Below, in pieces: positions 24,905-36,531 of a stretch of 41,627 nt of DNA; position 1 is the first letter of the stretch, and the number at the start of each line of letters is the position of its first letter. Below the pieces are notes generated by a model. The model was not told the origin of the DNA. It searched no databases and saw only the letters and a program-made list of their open reading frames with translations. This stretch comes from Octopus sinensis (lineage: Eukaryota): assembly GCF_006345805.1 (NCBI RefSeq), contig NW_021835290.1:1-41627 (forward strand), written 5' to 3'. The translations under genes and the position numbers were made by a program.

Positions 24905-25900
24905 CAAAATAACTGCTCCAAAATTTTCCACTTGGGATCTTTTCATTTTTGAAGTGCTACACATGGCTAAACAGGGATGTGACAAATCGTCTTTCTAGGA
25001 TCCTGAAGAAGGCCTTGTAATTGTACAGGCATTGCTTGAACACCATCCCGGCTTGGACATTAGTAGTGTTCACATTATTGACACATCTTGAACGTTAGTA
25101 GTGTTCACATTATTGACATCTTCGGTTGGCTCTGGGCCTGATGATGATGTTACCACTGGTGTTGTTGAGGCATTGCCGGACACACATATCATAACAGGAC
25201 TGACAGCAACCTCAACAACACCGATGACAACAATATCTCCAGACCCAGAGTCACCCAAAGGTGCACCAGTAATGTGAACACAACTAACACCCAAGCCTGG
25301 AAATATATTGGGTCAGCCAGACAGCCTTCAAATAATGCCTGTTCAATCACAGGTTCAGGGTCTCAGAAAGATGATTTGTCACATCCCTGGCCAGCCATGT
25401 GTGGCACCTCAAAGATAAGGGATCCCATACGATATCAAGTGGAAGATCTTTGAGCAGTCAGGATCTTACATCAATGGGAATATACGCTGCAAGCTTTGCA
25501 TAGCTGAGTGAGCTAGGATGCTCAAAAACTCCTTGTAACCCAGATCACTGAATACTCACCAAGAACTCTTCAGCCCATACATCCATATCAAGTGTTATTT
25601 GCTGCAAGCATGGGATTCCTTGTTCTCTGACAAAGCTTGGAAGGGTCCTTACAATCCAAAAACAGCCCAAGGGATAAATCCTTTGTCCCCCGCCCTTCTC
25701 CCAGCCCACAAATAGCTAGTCTAAGGGAGATAACCAGTCCTCACTGATGCCGGACTATTTATTCTTTGATGACCAAATGACCGTAACAGAAGAGTAATAT
25801 TTGACTTCAGACTAGAGTCTGATGAGACATTTGCAAGGCTACAACCTTCATGGATGCGAAACCATTGGTCACTCTCTGACCAGACATTAACTTTATTATT
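24905..25900 (+). mobile_element. Penelope-like element 3' remnant: GIY-YIG endonuclease C-terminus, terminal repeat with hammerhead, and an inverted 5' duplication
   Basis: 25296-25620 translates, with shifts, as KYIGSA..AFK..LFNH..LASHVWHLKDKG/IPYDIKWKI..Y..RCKLCIAE..LNTHQELF. 24905-25085 is an inverted copy of ~25265-25460. Confidence 0.88.
25814..25875 (+). ncRNA. Type-I hammerhead ribozyme with a canonical core
   Basis: agagt-CTGATGA-gacatttgcaaggctacaaccttcatggatgc-GAAA-ccattgg-TC-actct. Stem I is agagt/actct and extends with tcag/ctga, stem II opens with G-C, stem III is acc/ggt. GUC cleavage is predicted after 25870. Confidence 0.85.
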
Positions 25901-26014
25901 TTAATACTTTACTGTTCTATACTTCTGAGTGTGCTTCTTTTTCAGATACATGATACACTGACGATGTATATACGTGTCTGTGTATGTAAAGCTATATATA
26001 TATATGTGTGTGTG

Positions 26015-26545
26015 TGTATCCTTGTGTCTGTGTTTGTCCCCCATCACTACTTGACACTCAGCGTTGGTGTGTCTACCTCCCCATAATCTAGTGATGCAAC
26101 AAAAGTGACTGATAGAATAAGTAAAAATGATAAACATCACCCTTTTCAAGCCTAGCCAGACTCATGGGTCCAGTTTCCCAGTTTCTGTGGTGTGTGTGTT
26201 CCCCCCAGCTGGACGGGACACCAGTCCATCACAGCGTTACTCAAGAAACAGGAAGAGAGAGTGAGAGAAAGTTGTGGCGAAAGAGTACAACAGGGTTTGC
26301 CACCATCCCCTGCCAGAGCCTTGTGGAGCTTTTAGGTGTTTTCGCTCGATAAACACACACAACGCCCAGTCTGGGAATCGAAACCGTGATCCTCCGACCG
26401 CGAGTCCACTGTCCTAACCACTGGGCCATTGAGGTGCTAGAATAAGTACTAGGCTCAAAACTGGTGTTGATTTGTTTGACTAAAACCCTTCAAGGTGGTG
26501 CTCCAGCAATGCCGCAGTCAAATTACTGAAACAACTAAAAGAATA
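26015..26545 (+). mobile_element. Family B SINE 3' half, interrupted by a nested SINE
   Basis: Host sequence resumes at tagaataagtactaggct after 26437. Confidence 0.85.
26124..26437 (-). mobile_element. tRNA-derived SINE (family C, Meta/V-domain-like) with an 11-bp TSD
   Basis: Head aatggcccagtggttagg...ggtttcgattccc, central gtgatggactggtgtcccgtccag. TSD tagaataagta at 26113-26123 and 26438-26448. Confidence 0.85.
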
Positions 26546-27067
26546 TCTGGCCCAAATATTCTACCTGTTTTATGTTCAAACTGGCCAGATCTGGCCTCTC
26601 ACACCTACCCTACAATGTCATTCTATTAATGATCACATCATCAAAATCCTCCAAGATAATCCATGATTAATCCAAAGACAATGTGAATAAAAAAGCATCG
26701 CATTTGATAGACTAATCTGTCTGCTAATGGATTAAATGAGTGAAGCTACCATTTTATAGACACTTCATTCAGAATTCCAATTTCTGTTTTTTCACACATC
26801 TACTTGAGATAAGTGTTTGACAAAATAGGTCAAACTAGTGGTTGGACATGTTCTTTACAGCTCTGAACTGTCAGCTGGAGACACAGGAATGCAATTACAA
26901 CCCATCTGTACATTTGAATTTGTCATTCAAAATAACTTTAAAAACCTCAAATTCGTCAATTTTCTGCAAGTATAAGTGTTTTCTTTTATTATTCAAATAC
27001 ATACACATCTCCTCTACCACAAGAACACTTCTAAATGCCAATGGAGCACAATTATTTCTTTCCTGAA

Positions 27068-27395
27068 AGGGGCGAGGAAGAGATACTAGTTAAAAATGGC
27101 TTTTAGGCACACCGACAGGAGTGTCTCCTCATGACTTTCAGAAAAACAGGCATTTTTGATGAAATTTTCTACAAATACCTTCCAAGTAGAATAGATTGTA
27201 TCAGAATTTAATGGAGTAAAAATTAGTGTATGCCAGGAACATATCACCTAGAATAAAATAGATCAATAGCAACATTTTCCTCTTTTGGCAAAGCATGCAC
27301 CTAATTCAGTAAAATTATGAACGTTATTCAGATTGCAAAATGCTTTATTTTTATTTTTTTATTTTTTGTAGATGAGGTCGGCATAATTCGCCCCT
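27068..27395. mobile_element. Possible non-autonomous DNA transposon
   Basis: Short terminal inverted repeat aggggcga / tcgcccct. No clear TSD. Confidence 0.35.
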
Positions 27396-27694
27396 GCTTT
27401 TCAATCTCAGTATTTAAGTTACGTGTAATACTGCTGTAGTACACATGCAGCGTACATTATTACATTTTCTTTACAAGCTATAAAGGCAAAAGTAAATCTG
27501 CCTTCAACTCAGTCACATGCCTGTGTTTTTGCTTATCTTTTGTGTGTTTTACTGCATAAAGGTCACCAACTGCCTACCCTGAGTAATTACTGACAGCACA
27601 TGCCTGCTGCATGCATATACATACATATTGACACACATCACGTAGAAAATTGTTTTGTGTTAGTTTGTATGTATACTTTCCACCTGTTTCCTGA

Positions 27695-28120
27695 CTAGCA
27701 TTACCTTTGTTTTTTTGACTGCTGATTCTCAGCCCCGTCTTTGACACTTCCCTTTCCATTTTTGTTGTCATTTCTTGTAAGACCCCTGCATGCTTATCAA
27801 GACAGAATGACAAATGAAGCCATTCTACAAGCAGCAAGAGTAAGGCTCCTGCATGCAACTGTAACCAAATGATGAATGAGAATGGCTGGACACATACTAA
27901 GTCTCCCAGAGGAGAGGCTTGTCAAAACAACCATGGGCTGATGCAGCTGGAAGATAAAAGTAAAAGAGGCTGGCCAAGGAAGACATGGCATAACACCTTC
28001 AAAGAAGACCTACACAGACTGGACATCAGCATAATGGATGGCCAGAGACGGAGATAATTGGCTATTACTGACTGCTTGATGTGCTGCTCAAAGGTACCAA
28101 TGAACCTAAGAAGAAGAAGG
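27695..28120. mobile_element. RTE-type LINE 3' fragment with an inverted upstream piece
   Basis: Plus strand 27869-28057 gives KSKRGWPRKTWHNTFKEDL followed by an aag tail. Minus strand ~27695-27800 gives LQEMTTKMEREVSKTGLRISSQK, resembling the RT region just after YADD. Confidence 0.7.
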
Positions 28121-28632
28121 ATGTGTGTGTGTGTGTGTGTGCACCTACCCATTTTTCTTGTGTTTTTTTTACATTAAATTCCAATATAATCATAATTTAT
28201 ATCATCTATAGAAAATTTCATAACAAATTACCCATTTTTCTTAATTTTCTTCTTTTTTTTTTATTAGTTTACTTGTTTCAGTCACTTAGTGGTTCAGCAA
28301 GAGAAACTGATAGAATAAGTAATAGGCTTAGAAAGAATAAGTCCTGGGGTCGATTTGCTCAACTAAAGGCAGTACCCCAGCACGGCCACAGTCAGTTGAC
28401 TGAAACAAGTAAAAGAATAAAAGAATATATATATATTTAAAAGCAAAAAAAAAGAAAATGGAGATTAGGAAGTTAATGCTCAATAAGCATTAAATTATGA
28501 GCATAATATCATCAGAGGGGAAAAGATGTACATTTGGATGCTATATGTGTGTTTGTGGATTCACTTTAGCAGACTGAATGTTACGGTTTATGAAGATAAC
28601 CAATTTGCTGTTAATAATAAACAATTACCAAA

Positions 28633-28846
28633 GCCGGTAAGCTGGCAGAAACGTTAGCACGCCGGGCGAAATGCTTAGCTGTATTTCATCAGTCTTTACA
28701 TTCTGAGTTCAAATTCCACGAAGGTCAACTTTGCCTTTCATCCTTTCAGGATCAATAAATTAAGTATCAGTTGCATACTGGGGTCAATCTAATCAACTGA
28801 CCCCCTCCCCAAAAGTTTCGGGCCTTGTGCCTAGAGCAGAAAAGAA
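28633..28846 (+). mobile_element. SINE family A copy
   Basis: Same unit as 2981-3192. It lies inside a ~22-bp inverted repeat (28456-28477 / 28859-28880). Confidence 0.88.
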
Positions 28847-29107
28847 TAATGAACAATTATTAACTTCCTAATCTCCATTTTCTATTCTTGTTTTAAATTA
28901 ATATAAACTATATGTTTTTATATATATACTTATTATTTTAAGGAAATTCATTCCCCAAAATTACTATGTATTGAACCAGTATTTCCTTAGATGAAACCAT
29001 CCCTTCATGAGGCTAATACAAACTCCAATTGAGTTTACCGATAATGGTTCTTTTAACATACCAAACTACTTGGTAAAATTATTAATTAATTAATTTTACC
29101 CTTTATC

Positions 29108-29790
29108 ATTCATCATCATCATCATCATCATTTAACGTCCGCTTTCCATGCTAGCATGGGTTGGACGGTTCAACTGGGGTCTGGGGAGCCCGAAGGCTGC
29201 ACCAGGCCAGTCAGATCTGGCAGTGTTTCTACAGCTGGATGCCCTTCCTAACACCAACCACTCCGAGAGTGTAGTGGGTGATTTTATGTGCCACCGACAC
29301 AAGTGCCAGACGAGGCTGGTGAACGGCCACGTTCGGATGGTGTTTTTTATGTGCCACCGACACAGGTGCCAGACGGCCACGCTCGGATGGTATTTTTATG
29401 TGCCACCGACACAGGTGCCAGATGAGGCTGGCGAACGGCCACGATCGGATGGTGTTTGTTACGTGCCCACAGCACGGAGGCCAGTCGATGCGGTACTGGC
29501 TACGGCCACGTTCGGATGGTGTTTTTTATGTGCCACCGACACAGGTGCCAGACGGCCACGCTCGGATGGTATTTTTATGTGCCACCGACACAGGTGCCAG
29601 ATGAGGCTGGCGAACGGCCACGATCGGATGGTGTTTGTTACGTGCCCACAGCACGGAGGCCAGTCGATGCGGTACTGGCTACGGCCACGTTCGGATGGTT
29701 TTCTTGTGTGACACCGGCACTGGTACCACAAAGATACAAATTCCATTGATGTTCATCTATTTTGATTTGTTTTGATTTTCACTTGCCTCA
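29108..29790 (-). mobile_element. Family E SINE-like repeat with an internal higher-order tandem repeat
   Basis: Family E tail at 29108-29280. The unit acggccacgttcggatgg recurs at 29323, 29502 and 29681, a period of 179 bp. Confidence 0.85.
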
Positions 29791-30659
29791 ACAGATATTG
29801 TATAAAGGATTGTAAGGCCAAAACAATGCAAAATAAATGCAAGGTAAATCACAAGAAAACAAATATGTGAATTAATGTAGACTTACCTTTTATTCAGTAT
29901 TTCGAGGTTATGACCCCATTTTCAAGAAATTGACGAATGTTGCCAATGTACTTCATAGTAATTATCCCATTGTAATATATATATATATATATATATATAT
30001 AGTGTGTGTGCGTCCCATACCACTGATTGAAAACCAGTGCTGATGTGTTTATGTTCCCATAACTTAGCAGTTTAGTAAAAGAAACCGATAGGATAAATAC
30101 TAGGCTTAAAAAAAACAAAAAACAATCACTTGTATTAGGTCTCAGAGCTGTCACAGACTTCATTAATTTCTGTAAAAAGTTTTTATCTATTTACTTTTGT
30201 TTTTCATGACATGTTGAAGGTGACATTTGCTTTGAAGCCGGTGGAAAGTGAAATTGACAAAATATACTCTATGAAATAACCAACCATTACTAAATAGAAA
30301 TATTCCTACTTCAAACAGTTCTTTTTCTTTTTTTACCTCCGAGAAAATTCTAAACTGTATTTTTCAGTTTCCAAAGTCTTTTCAGAACTTGTCCACTAGA
30401 AAGAAAGACCACCTCACTAAAGGAGAACATGTTTGTCATCTTCCGATCTAACATTTTGCAATATTCTTAAATTCTTGTATTTCATATTGTTGCTCTAAAG
30501 TCTAATTTTATTCACATATTTCACAACCGTTAATATAACATATAGCATGTTTAAAATTTGTTTTTCTCCACACGATTTCATAAAGGAATTTTAGTAGAGA
30601 CTGTTCTAAGAAGTTGTAGTACTAATAACTTAACGATCCAATATAGCTGTCTAAGAGTA

Positions 30660-33050
30660 CAAATACTGGCGAATTTACAGAAATGTGCTTCTAGATTTAC
30701 CAAATACAACTTCATCTTCTCAATGTTGAGAATGTCACCGCCAATGCAGAGAGAGGGAACTTGAAGTGGTGGATGAGGATTGTGTTGATGTATTACTTCT
30801 GTTTTCTAGGTGTTAACCTCCAGACTGAGTTGTTGATAAACGCTCTGACATCCAGGACATGCTGCACTGATTCTTGATCGTGAGTTGGCAGACCACAGTC
30901 AGCAATATACTGGAAGTCTGAGATTTTGATTTGAATCATCGGAGATTGAAAACACTAATCGTGATTCCATTGTCAGGATCGAGGTTGCTCCACACGAGGA
31001 GATTTATGGCCATGAGAAAGAGATTGGAAAGAACTGGAGCAAGAAGTATGCAGCCTTGTTACATGCCAGAGCTAACATCAAAAGGGTCTGATCCTGACCG
31101 ACGATGACCACTTGAGCTTTTATGCCCTCATGAAACTTGAATGAGTCGCAAAATCCTTTGTAGATGCTCAAGCTTTTGCAGAAGACTCTAGAGAAGCATG
31201 CAATTTACAGTGTTGAATGCTTTGATAGATCGACAAAAATCAAGTAGAGATCTCGATACTTCTTTTGAATCTAGCGTGCAACAAAAATTATGTCAATCGT
31301 ACCACTATTTCTGTGGAAATCACACTGTGATTCTGGGAGAATTCTCCGAGAGAAATGAGACCAGTCTAGAGAGGAGAATATGAGCTAGGATTTTCCCAAC
31401 CACTGCCAAGAGGGAAATCATGTAATTCTTTCCACAGATGGAAGAATCTTGTAGACGGAGATGATGTTCCTGAGGAAGGGGGCCAGTGTCTCAGATACTG
31501 CTGAACAGTTTGTGAAGATGGCTGTGTTGTGCGATGCCACCATACTTGTAGATCTCAGGAGGGGTGACATCTGATCCAGGTGACCTCCTGTTGTGGAGAG
31601 ATCGGACCACCAAAGAGACCTCGTTAAAGAAATTGGAATATCTAGCTCTTTGATGATGGGGAAGTTGGGAAATTGACTCAGAGCAGCCAGTTCAATCACA
31701 TGTTGACACTTGAGAAGATCTTTGAAATGCTGTGGCCATCACACGAAGATTTGGTCAGAATCCTTCAGAAGTACGTTTCTGCCAGCACTGCAAACAGGTA
31801 CATTGTGCTTGGATAATCGATCTATAGATCGATTTGGTGACTCCATGAAAGTAGTAACTATTATTGGTGTCAAAGTTGCACTGAATCTCTTCGGTTTTCT
31901 TGATTCATCAGCTGTTCTCCATTTGCCACAGGAAGCGTTGGACGTCAGAGCAAAGAGAATGCAACTCATCATTAAGATACAAGGACAAGGGATTTGTGAA
32001 AAACGCATCTTGCGCATTGTTCTTCGCTGCGAGATCACAAGTTTCTGCCTGATTGTCATCAAACCAGTCTTAATGACGGCATTTAGTGAAGCCAAGAGGA
32101 TCTGTGGCAGCAGTAAGTAATGGTTCTCTGAGAGAGAGAGAGAGCCATTCGATGTTCGATTCCGAAGGAGCAAGAGAATTTTAAAGCTCACTATGTATTT
32201 GGAGTTTCAGTTCATTTTGCTTTGCTTGAGACTTAAGGAGATCATATTTGAGCTTAGGTTTCAGAGACTTGTAGGTGTATCTGAGAGCAGAGTCGAGACC
32301 AAACGAGGCGGTGGTTAGTCTAACATTCGGTTCATGCATTGCTCTTGTTGGAAGGACATCTTGGATGTTGCATTGGCACTCTGGAATGTAATCCTAGAGA
32401 TGTCAGTGCTTGGACCAAAGATGTTACCAAGAAGTTTTGTACTTAGAGGCTTATTGAAAAATTGCGTTTGTGATCACAAGTCCATGCTCAGCACAAAGAG
32501 CAAGAAGACGAAATCTGTTCGCATTAACCAGACATCACAGTCAGGTCTGATGTCACCTAAAACAAAGATTTTATCTTTTTGAGGCATGGAGCGGATCAAG
32601 TTGTCCAGCTCGTCATAAAAAGAGTCCTTGACATCTTCATGACAGTCAAGAGTCAGTGTAAACACACTGATACAGGGGTTAGTTTGACCTCCAGCCACAA
32701 GAACAGAGTCATCAGTCTTCCATTGATACCAACTGGTATCTCAGGAAGTTTGGGAAGCAGTGTGTTCCTGGTGGTTAAGCCCACACCATATATGCACTGC
32801 TCATTTCTTGGAAAACCTTTTCAGAAAAAACATGTAGCCAGATTCCATTACAAATCCTTCATTAGCAAAGCGAATTTCGCTGAGGACCACGATATTGATT
32901 TCATATCGGGTGAGTTCAGTGCAATGAGTGCAGTCCAATGTCAGGGTGGGTCTATGGTTGTGGAATCAATCTCTTTTTCCATTAGTGTATGTACATTCCA
33001 GCAGGCAACTTTCAGAAGAACTTCATGCTTCTTTTTCACAGTTCGACTGC
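30660..33050 (-). mobile_element. RTE-clade LINE, APE endonuclease plus RT, heavily degenerate and lacking its C-terminus
   Basis: Minus strand gives LKVACWNVHTL, ELTRYEINIVVLSEIRFANEG, KDSFYDELDNLIRSMPQKDKIFVLGD and FQYIADCGL (a decayed YADD region), with many stops and shifts. Confidence 0.9.
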
Positions 33051-33079
33051 AGAAGATGATGTTTTGGTGGGTCATTTTG

Positions 33080-33455
33080 TTCCGAGTTCAAATTCTGTCG
33101 AGGTCGACTTTACCTTTCATCCTTTCGGGGTTGATAAATTAAGTACCAGTTGCATACTGGAGTCAATCGATGTAATCGACTAGTCCTCTCCCCCAAATTT
33201 CAGGCCTTGTGCCTTTAGTAGAAAGGATTATTATTATTATTATTATCATTATTAAGGTGGCAAGCTGGCAAAATCATTAGCATGCTAGGCAATATGCTTA
33301 GCGGCATTTTGTCTGTCTTTATGTTCTGAGTTCAAATTCGTCCTTTTGGTGTCGCTGAAATAAGAACCAGTAGAACACTAAGGGCGATGTAATCAACTAG
33401 TCCCCTTCCCCAAATTTCAGGCCTTGTGCTTACTGTAGAAAGGATTATTATTATC
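33080..33455 (+). mobile_element. Two tandem family A SINE copies with ATT tails
   Basis: ~33080-33226 (5' truncated) and ~33253-33444. Confidence 0.88.
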
Positions 33456-33536
33456 ATTTAGTGGAACTAGCTGTGAGTTTCATGTGTTGGCACTTATGAA
33501 TGAACAAAAACGAAACTTTCAGACCTTGAGTCACTC

Positions 33537-33579
<43 letters not shown>

Positions 33580-33780
33580 CATTGGTTGTGGTAAATGCAG
33601 TAAGCCTCAAACAGGCAAGGCTTGTAAAGATAACACAAAGGAGACAATATCTGCTCAATATGGTTTATTAAACAATGTATCCAATACACTTGGTCACAAA
33701 TCAAATACATACATACATATTCATTTTTGTATTTAGTTTTCAAGATTCTGTATGTGAATTTGTGTGTTGAAGCATAATTT

Positions 33781-33980
33781 ATTGTGTCTGGGGAGAGTTA
33801 TTCTGTTTTAATGCCTTATTAATTAACACACTCACTGGTTCAATTACCACTCATTTATTATTTTGTTTTTCTAAAATTTTCGTTGCTTCTTGCAACCTCT
33901 TCAATAAATGCGTGGAAATAAATTGGTGAGTGTGTTAATTAATAAGGCATTAAAACAGACTGACTCACCCTAGACACAAT
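33781..33980. repeat. Inverted repeat with ~55-bp arms and a hammerhead-like motif in the loop (33870-33910, -)
   Basis: Arms attgtgtct...ctgttttaatgccttattaattaacacactcac and their complement. The loop on the minus strand reads TTGAAGA-g-gttgc-aagaa-gcaac-GAAA-attt-TA. Confidence 0.8.
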
Positions 33981-34434
33981 AATAGATAGATAGATGGCTT
34001 ATCTTACCAATCAGTTTCACAGCAGAGGTTCAACGGAGTGTTGGGTAACAACCCGATTATGTAAGCCTGAGCTCATCAGAGGTAGCCATTTATGTATATG
34101 GTTTGCTGAGTATCCGAAATGCTGTTTGATCCACAATAACAAATTACAAGAGCAGCACATAACATTTCAACCGCTATGATTTAATTAGTCCAGGGTTCCA
34201 CTGAGTGACTGCATACACATTTTCCGCTGACACCTCCTCACTATTTTGTGTTTGTGTAATCAGCCAGGCATACATACACATACATATATATTACATAAAT
34301 ATGATACACACGCATATATATAATTACACATATCATACACACACAAATATATATGGCAGTACCCAGTGTAAGTTATGGACACATAACAGGTGCAGCAACA
34401 TTCAGTTGTAAAACAAACAAAAAAAAATGAGCAC

Positions 34435-34768
34435 TTTATTTTAACATTTTGCCAGACAAATTGCTATGGCCAAACCAAGTTCCTTTCTGAAGTGGTATAT
34501 GATTTTTTGCAGTCTTCTTACAACTTTTCTTGTTGCACTGAAACCTGTGCTCTGAGTGACATCATCCGGCCCGCTTCACTTCGTAAATTTTTCTCAGTAC
34601 AGTTTAACAAGATGGGCAACGCATTTGTTTTGCTAGGAACCCAAGTTGATGGCAATAACTTTTAACCTTTTTATAATACTTCTTTTTACCTGGGCAAATT
34701 TCTCTGAAATTTTATCGCCAAGAAACAAAGCTGGCCAGTATGGGATTTTTGTCTGATTTCCAGGCCAT
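34435..34768 (-). pseudogene. Merlin/IS1016 (ISXO2-like) transposase N-terminal Zn-ribbon fragment
   Basis: One frame from the ATG at 34768: MAWKSD...YCHQLGFLAKQMRCPSC*...RFQCNKKSCKK...IPLQKGTWFGHSNLS, with three stops. Confidence 0.7.
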
Positions 34769-35029
34769 TTGAAACGTATATGTAAAAAGGCGATCTTTCG
34801 TTTTGAGAACAGTTTACATCACTTCTTAATGCACGTGGGTTTATTTATGTTTCTGAATAAGATCGTCGCTTTCCGTAAAAAGTTTTTATGTTTTTACTTA
34901 TGTGGCGGGGGTGGGGAGAAGGGGAGAGGGGACTTATCTTTTGAAGTCGGCGCAAAAGGGAAAGAGAGAGAGAGAGAGCAATTAGAAGAGGGGAGCATTT
35001 TTTGAAGTCGGAATTGATGTGTGTGTATG

Positions 35030-35673
35030 TTTGATGGGGTGTGCGAGACAGAAAGTGTGGTGTGTATGTGAAGTTGTTTTGTTAGTGTGTGTGAAGAGAC
35101 AGAGAGAGAGAGAGCAATGGTGCTGGTGTGTGCGTGTGATTGAGGGAGAGGGATAACTGAAACATTTTTTTTATTTACTTTTTGTAGTGAGTGATTGACA
35201 GAGAAAAAGAGAGAGAGAGGTTGTTATGACACGCACAAACACATACGTACGTACACCTATTGCATACGTTTTTTACATACATGTTCACGTGCGTGTGAGG
35301 GAGAAAGAGAAGGTATGTGTTTTTGTTTTTGCTTCTATGTATGTTTATGTAATGGTCTGCTATATATAACAAGCAAAAACAAAAAAACCTACCTTCTCTC
35401 TCTCCCTCACACGCACATGAACATGTATGCAATAGGTGTTCGTATGTGTTTGTGTGTGTCACTGAAGCCATTCACACATACATAACAATCTCTCTCTTTT
35501 TCTCTGTCATTCACTCACTACAAAAAGTAAATAAAAAATGTTTCAGTTATCTTTCTCTCTCTCACTCAATCACACACACCAGCACCATTGCTCTCTCTCT
35601 CTGTCTCTTCACACACGCCAACAAAGCAACTTCTCATACACACCACACTTTCTCTCTCGCACACCCCATCAAA
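35030..35673. mobile_element. Foldback element with ~300-bp arms rich in GA/GT repeats
   Basis: 35030-35335 is the reverse complement of ~35370-35673. Confidence 0.9.
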
Positions 35674-35910
35674 CGACGGAATAAAAATTGACAAACATGT
35701 CTGTGTATACTCTACAGCTTGTGTGTGCGTATATATTACATATACATACGCACACACTACGTGAGTGTATATGGGTGATGGATGAATAAAGTGAAAAGCC
35801 GAATGGCATCAGAGGAAGAAACATACAGAGGTTTCTCTGGTGCAACTGATTCGGCGAGGGGTCGTAAATCAAACTTCCAGCCGTAGAAATCACAAAGGTC
35901 CAGTTCCAAT
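35672..35910 (-). pseudogene. Inverted partial duplicate of exon 1 and the start of intron 1 of the neighbouring MRH-like gene
   Basis: Matches 36622-36882. Encodes CDFYGWKFDLRPLAESVAPEKPL with the donor gtatgt retained (35826-35821). It has a 5-nt deletion, an upstream in-frame TGA and no ATG or signal peptide. Confidence 0.88.
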
Positions 35911-35914
35911 CAAT

Positions 35915-36531
35915 TCCTCCGCTTCACGCCGACGTCTAAAGCTCCCACCACACACACTCATAAGTAAAAAAAAAAAATTTTTTTACGGAAAGCGACAATC
36001 TTGTTCAGAATATGTGCGAAAAGGAGTTTGTTTGAGAATTGGCTGTTTAGAAATGTCGATTTTTGACAATTTTTTTGCAGATTCGTATTTCCCGTAGCTG
36101 AAAGGGGTGGGGTGGGGTGCGTCGAAAAAAAAATTTTAAGGGTGGTTTTGTGGGGGCCGGGGGAACGGGCGGAAGTCTTGCCAAAAGTTATTTGGAAATC
36201 ATAAAGAGAAACGAATGACAGAATCGAACCGTCTGCATTTTAAAACCTTAGATTAAAAAAAAAATCTCCGACTAAATCCGGTGCTCCAGCATGACCGCAG
36301 TCAAATGACTGAACCAAATAAAAGAATAAACCTTTCCCCCCATGTCGCCCACCTATCACCCCCACTTCCAGAGTTTCACTTTTAGTTGAACAGTCAACGC
36401 ATGCGCAATGGCGAAAAGGGTTTCAAAACTTTGTGTTTATGCCGTAGACTGTGATTACATATAAACATATATCTGTGTGTGTGTGTATATTTATGTATGT
36501 ATTTAAATAAATACAAGTGAAGCCAACGACG
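35915..36531. promoter_or_regulatory. Putative promoter region, possibly bidirectional
   Basis: Locally CpG-richer. GGGCGGAAGT (Sp1/ETS-like) at 36167-36176, ACGCATGCGC (NRF1-like) at 36397-36406, AATGGCG (YY1-like) at 36407-36413. Directly upstream of the ATG exon. Confidence 0.55.

Noticed and set aside
29280-29700. CRISPR-like repeat and spacer appearance
   Set aside because: The intervening segments are themselves duplicated, there are no cas genes, and it lies inside a eukaryotic SINE-like repeat.
29882-29975. Strong minus-strand donor (AAG|gtaagt) suggesting a coding exon
   Set aside because: All three frames have nearby stops and no acceptor is evident.
31418-33183. Several 80-190 aa ORFs
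   Set aside because: Off-frame or antisense readings of the decayed RTE LINE.
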